A DNA stretch of 29,364 bases. Source: Candidatus Micrarchaeia archaeon. GTDB taxonomy: Archaea; Micrarchaeota; Micrarchaeia; CAILAH01. Below the pieces are notes generated by a model, which had not been told where the DNA came from, made no database searches, and saw nothing but the letters and a program-made list of their open reading frames with translations. Within the stretch, counting starts at the first letter, position 1. Each line of letters begins with the position of its first letter. The translations under genes were made by a program, and so were the position numbers. Positions 25,683 to 29,364 of the stretch are shown here, piece by piece. The stretch lies in assembly GCA_038740245.1 (NCBI GenBank), contig JAVYLZ010000001.1, forward strand, positions 1-29,364, read 5' to 3'.

Positions 25683-27020
25683 TTATACCTGGAGCTGGGC
25701 AGCAATTTCTGAGCCGAACCGCTCCAAAAACAGGTTGAGGTGCTCTGGGGCTACCGTGGCGCCAGCCGCAATATCGTGCCCCCCACCAACACCGACACCG
25801 CCCTCGCACGCAACATTCAGTGCCCTGCCGAGGTTAACGCCCGACTGCACAAGGCGCTTTGTGGCACGCGTGCTCACCTTGACGTTTCCGTCTGCATCAA
25901 GCGCAACTGCGAGTATGGGCTTGTCGGCACGCACGCTTCCGTAAAGCATGCCTGCAACAACACCTATAATCCCATCCTCAATCACGCCTCGTGCATCAAC
26001 AAAATACATTACGCCAAGGTCAACAGCCGAGCGCTCGGCATACTCAATGCCCTGCCTCAGCATCCGCCGGTGCAGCTCCAAGAGCGCCCTTGCGGTTTCA
26101 TATGCGCCGGGCCTTTTCAGCAAAACATCTACACCCACATCTGGCTTGCTGTGCCTGCCGCACGCATTAAGCAGTGTTGAGAATTCGCTTGCATCTCGCA
26201 TTTCGGTGCCCTCCGGATAAGCTGTAAGCTCGTACACCTCGCTGATAAGGGATTTTGCATCGTGTGCGCGGCCCTTCTCATAAAGGTATGCGGCAAGCGC
26301 GCCGCGCAGCAGTGTTTTCTCCTGCTCGGTGAGGTCCCTGTATGTGCGCCAGCGGTCGCCGTCTTTTATGGCAATCCCAAGCTCATCGTAAAATGATAGC
26401 ACGGCCTGCTCGTTGTTTGTGAGGCCGGGCAAATATGGGTCTATTGAATACTGCAGGAACGGCACGAGCGGCCGGCTCACCCTGCCGAACATGCATAGGT
26501 CATTGTAATGCCTGACGATGCCAGCCTCTTCGGCCTCCACAAGCATGCGGCGGTTCCATCCATTCAGCGGGGCCTGTATATCGCCGACCGCGCCTACAAT
26601 CCCGATTGGCGCAAGCTCAACCATCGCGAATGTGAAGTATGCAGTTGATGCACCGGACATCTCAGTAGAGCCGTCAATGCCGAAGAGGCGCGGGTTGACC
26701 TGAAGCACAGAGTTCTCCCCGCCCTGGTGGTGGTCAATCACAATTGCATTTTTGCCGAGCTTCTCAATGCCATCAATTGCGCCTGCACCAAAATCCACGA
26801 AAATTACATCCTTTTCGTTGCGCGCGCCAACCTCTGCAAGCTCCCTGTCTGAAAGCTTCCTGTAGCAAACGCGCGAGTAGTCCTTGCCCATCTTTTCAAG
26901 CGCCGCCGCTGCAAGCGCGCCGCCGCTCAACCCGTCGGCATCGTAATGGTGCACAATAAGCACGTGGTTCATCCGCGATATTGCCTGCCGTGCCTCTTCG
27001 CACCTCTCAAGAAACCCCAT
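25683..27020 (-). CDS. DHH/DHHA1 RecJ-like nuclease (GAN/Cdc45-like)
   Basis: HHYDADG, VDFG, IDHH, GAVGD, insertion with GRVSRPL, EFSTLLNACGR, GGGHDIAAGA. Confidence 0.93.
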   Translation of the reverse strand: MGFLERCEEARQAISRMNHVLIVHHYDADGLSGGALAAAALEKMGKDYSRVCYRKLSDRELAEVGARNEKDVIFVDFGAGAIDGIEKLGKNAIVIDHHQGGENSVLQVNPRLFGIDGSTEMSGASTAYFTFAMVELAPIGIVGAVGDIQAPLNGWNRRMLVEAEEAGIVRHYNDLCMFGRVSRPLVPFLQYSIDPYLPGLTNNEQAVLSFYDELGIAIKDGDRWRTYRDLTEQEKTLLRGALAAYLYEKGRAHDAKSLISEVYELTAYPEGTEMRDASEFSTLLNACGRHSKPDVGVDVLLKRPGAYETARALLELHRRMLRQGIEYAERSAVDLGVMYFVDARGVIEDGIIGVVAGMLYGSVRADKPILAVALDADGNVKVSTRATKRLVQSGVNLGRALNVACEGGVGVGGGHDIAAGATVAPEHLNLFLERFGSEIAAQLQV

Positions 27021-27103
27021 AATACATCAACTTTCTGGCATTATGACTGCTTTTTGGGTTGTCGCCTAAAGCTTTAATAATTGTGCGGGAGCAAATGCCC
27101 TTT

Positions 27104-27742
27104 ATGAAGCTTGATTGGCGGCATGCCCTTGCAGTTTACATTGCATTTACACTTGTATTTACACTTCCAACCATCGGTGCTCCCGTGGCTGCGCTTACAG
27201 GCAACGATGCAGCTGCATCCGTGCTTTACAATGCGGCCGCACCGCTTTGCCACCAGTGGATATACCGCTCGCACTGCATATTCAGCACTCAGTCCGGCTG
27301 GATGATTGACGACTGCATCCCCGCAGGGCATGAAGGCAAAGCAGTAATTGCAACAAAATACACCTCGGCAACACACGCGTATGACGGCGTTTTTGAGTAT
27401 TCGCGGCAGCAGGTGGGGCGCAACAGGGCGGAGTATGTTGAGCGCGACGGCATGTTTGGCTATAAGCTTGCGGTGTGCACGCGCGACTCTGCAATGTATC
27501 TCGGGATGCTTGCGGCAGCGCTGGTGTTTGCATTGTTCCGCACGCGCATGCGCGGCGTGCCGCACATCGGCTACCTGTTGCTCGGCCTCGTGCCCATGGG
27601 CATAGACGGCACGGCACAGCTGTTCGGCCTTTGGGAAAGCACGCAGCTTTCACGCATAGTAACGGGCGCAATCGCCGGCCTTGCAATAGGCATCTACATA
27701 GTGCTCCTGCTTAACGAAATGTTTGCCCAACGCAAAAAATAA
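27104..27742 (+). CDS. DUF2085-like membrane protein
   Basis: LCHQ..RS, VCTRD..MYLG, PMGIDG..Q..G..ES, R.VTG motifs; TTTAATAA 27073-27080 supports a leaderless start at 27104. Confidence 0.85.
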   Translation: MKLDWRHALAVYIAFTLVFTLPTIGAPVAALTGNDAAASVLYNAAAPLCHQWIYRSHCIFSTQSGWMIDDCIPAGHEGKAVIATKYTSATHAYDGVFEYSRQQVGRNRAEYVERDGMFGYKLAVCTRDSAMYLGMLAAALVFALFRTRMRGVPHIGYLLLGLVPMGIDGTAQLFGLWESTQLSRIVTGAIAGLAIGIYIVLLLNEMFAQRKK

Positions 27743-27813
27743 GCCAATCCTTTTCGCAGGGCGAGAAAGGGCTTCCGAAAGCCTTTTTAAGGATTTAGGG
27801 CCCTAATCCCACC

Positions 27814-29217
27814 ATGCTCCCGTTCAGGGACACTTCTGAAATCCGGCTCCCCCAGAGCCCTCTTGAGCAGGTGATCGGCCAGGAGCACGTGCTTGAGATT
27901 GCAAGCATAGTGGCACGGCAGAAAAGGCACCTGCTTCTCGTTGGGCCGCCTGGCACGGGCAAAAGCTTCATAGCCAATACAATATCCTCAATACTGCCAA
28001 GGCCCACACAGCAGGTTGCGGTGCTCGCAAATCCTGAAAATCCGGACCGCCCCATACTTGAAGTCAAGAATATTGAGGAGATAGAGCGCGAGCGCCGCGA
28101 GCGGGCCAAGGCCCGGCTTTTGGACCCGCGGGATGCACCGTATTACGTTTCAGAGAAGCTCGGGTTCAGGTGCCGCAAGTGCGGGACCATAAGCGACCCG
28201 GACTCAAACATCTGCCTATACTGCGGCGCAGAAAAATACCGCAAGCAGCGCAACCTTGAGGATGTGGTTGCCGAGATGCCCCGCCTAAACCGCGATGACA
28301 AGATACTCTACAAGAGGACAGGCCCCGACGGCAAGGAAGAGGAAGTGTTTTACGAGCGCGTGGGCAGCAAAATCAAGGTGTATAAGAATACGGGCAAGAA
28401 CGGGATGGAAGAGCTCAGGAAGGTTATTGTGCCGCTTGAGCGGAAGGTGTTTGTGCAGGCGACTGGTGCGAGCGAATCTGAGCTGTTGGGAGATGTGCGG
28501 CACGACCCATACGGTGGCCATCCCAACATCGGGATACCGCCGCACGAGCGCGTAATCCCCGGTGCGGTCCACGAGGCGCATGAGGGTGTGCTGTTCATAG
28601 ATGAGCTTTCAACGCTCGGCGAGCTTCAGCGGCACCTGCTTACAGCCATGCAGGAGAAAAGATTCCCAATAACGGGGCGCAACTCAACCAGCACGGGCGC
28701 GGCGGTCCGCGTTGATAACGTGCCGTGCGATTTCATACTTGTTGGTGCGGTGAACATAAACGATGTGCAGTCATTGCTACCGCCGCTGCGCTCGCGCATA
28801 ATCGGCTCCGGGTATGAGGTCTTGCTCAACACCGTGATGCCGGATACTGAGCAGAACAGGATGAAAATGTGCCAGTTTATCGCACAGGAGATTGTAAAGG
28901 CGGGCAACATCCCCCACGCAACTGCGGAGGCCTGCGAGCGCATCATATCAGAAGCCCGCCTGCGCGCACGCCAGATAGATGGCAAGGACGGCCTTACCTT
29001 GCGCCTTCGCGAGCTGAGTGGCATAATAAAAATGGCAGGCGATATTGCGATAATAGAAGGCGAACCTTACATAACGCACGAGCACATAAAAAGGGCAGTC
29101 ATACGCGCCCGCTCAATTGAGGAGCAGCTTCTTGACTCGTACGGCAGCGCCTACCGCGCAGGCATGAGTGACTACGGCCAAAAGCGGCGTGCCGGCTACT
29201 CAAGCGAGGTCCGTTAG
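27814..29217 (+). CDS. LonB-type AAA+ ATPase lacking the protease domain, with Zn-ribbon insertion
   Basis: EQVIGQE, GPPGTGKS, LLGDVRHDPYG, PGAVHEAHEGVLFIDE, LLTAMQEK, VPCDFILV, PLRSRI, LTLRLREL; the ORF ends where the protease domain normally starts. Confidence 0.92.
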   Translation: MLPFRDTSEIRLPQSPLEQVIGQEHVLEIASIVARQKRHLLLVGPPGTGKSFIANTISSILPRPTQQVAVLANPENPDRPILEVKNIEEIERERRERAKARLLDPRDAPYYVSEKLGFRCRKCGTISDPDSNICLYCGAEKYRKQRNLEDVVAEMPRLNRDDKILYKRTGPDGKEEEVFYERVGSKIKVYKNTGKNGMEELRKVIVPLERKVFVQATGASESELLGDVRHDPYGGHPNIGIPPHERVIPGAVHEAHEGVLFIDELSTLGELQRHLLTAMQEKRFPITGRNSTSTGAAVRVDNVPCDFILVGAVNINDVQSLLPPLRSRIIGSGYEVLLNTVMPDTEQNRMKMCQFIAQEIVKAGNIPHATAEACERIISEARLRARQIDGKDGLTLRLRELSGIIKMAGDIAIIEGEPYITHEHIKRAVIRARSIEEQLLDSYGSAYRAGMSDYGQKRRAGYSSEVR

Positions 29218-29222
29218 AGGGG

Positions 29223-29242
29223 GCGGGGCCCCCCGCTATTTT
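29223..29242 (+). terminator. GC-rich hairpin and T tract after the Lon-like gene
   Basis: gcgggg-cc-ccccgc (29223-29236) followed by tatttt. Confidence 0.45.
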
Positions 29243-29345
29243 CGCTTACACGAAAATGGCTCTCTTGTGGATGCTCTATCTAGGTTTTGCGCAATTAGAA
29301 ACATTTAAATACAAATTCCTTTCCAACAGGAGCATAGGTGCTTAT

Positions 29346-29364
29346 ATGCAGAGTACACATGCAC
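29346..29364 (+). CDS. Probable start of next gene (truncated by window edge)
   Basis: TTTAAATA at 29304-29311, AGGTG SD at 29336-29340, ATG at 29346. Confidence 0.5.

Noticed and set aside
29218..29345. Frameshifted continuation encoding the Lon protease domain
   Set aside because: Downstream DNA has a hairpin, AT-rich promoter and SD, and no Lon protease motifs

Overview
Gene-dense archaeal chromosome segment, probably DPANN (Micrarchaeota-like). The lineage is an inference from gene content, protein style and TTTAAATA-type promoters. It carries mostly housekeeping genes: RFC large subunit, Nudix hydrolase, secreted transglutaminase-like protein, M17 leucyl aminopeptidase, MFS transporter, pelota, YkgJ-like protein, ABCE1, membrane hydrolase, ankyrin protein, GalT-like nucleotidyltransferase, intein-free class II RNR, UMP kinase, SlyD-like PPIase, Hjc, Trm5, truncated Rqc2/NFACT, MetRS, PRC-barrel protein, RNase HII, RecJ/GAN-like DHH nuclease, DUF2085 and a Lon-type AAA+ ATPase. 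The ORF track does not show an RNase P RNA gene at 5452-5805 (-). It has a type-M-like core and a P3 expanded into a three-hairpin four-way junction, and it abuts a 19-bp duplication with GNA-triloop hairpins. Other points of interest are a Lon AAA+ module lacking the protease domain, with a Zn ribbon in place of the membrane anchor; an Rqc2 lacking NFACT-R; a bacterial-type single-knuckle MetRS; and a small-ORF/hairpin island at 11.7-12.1 kb. No CRISPR array, transposase, integrase, tRNA or rRNA was seen.
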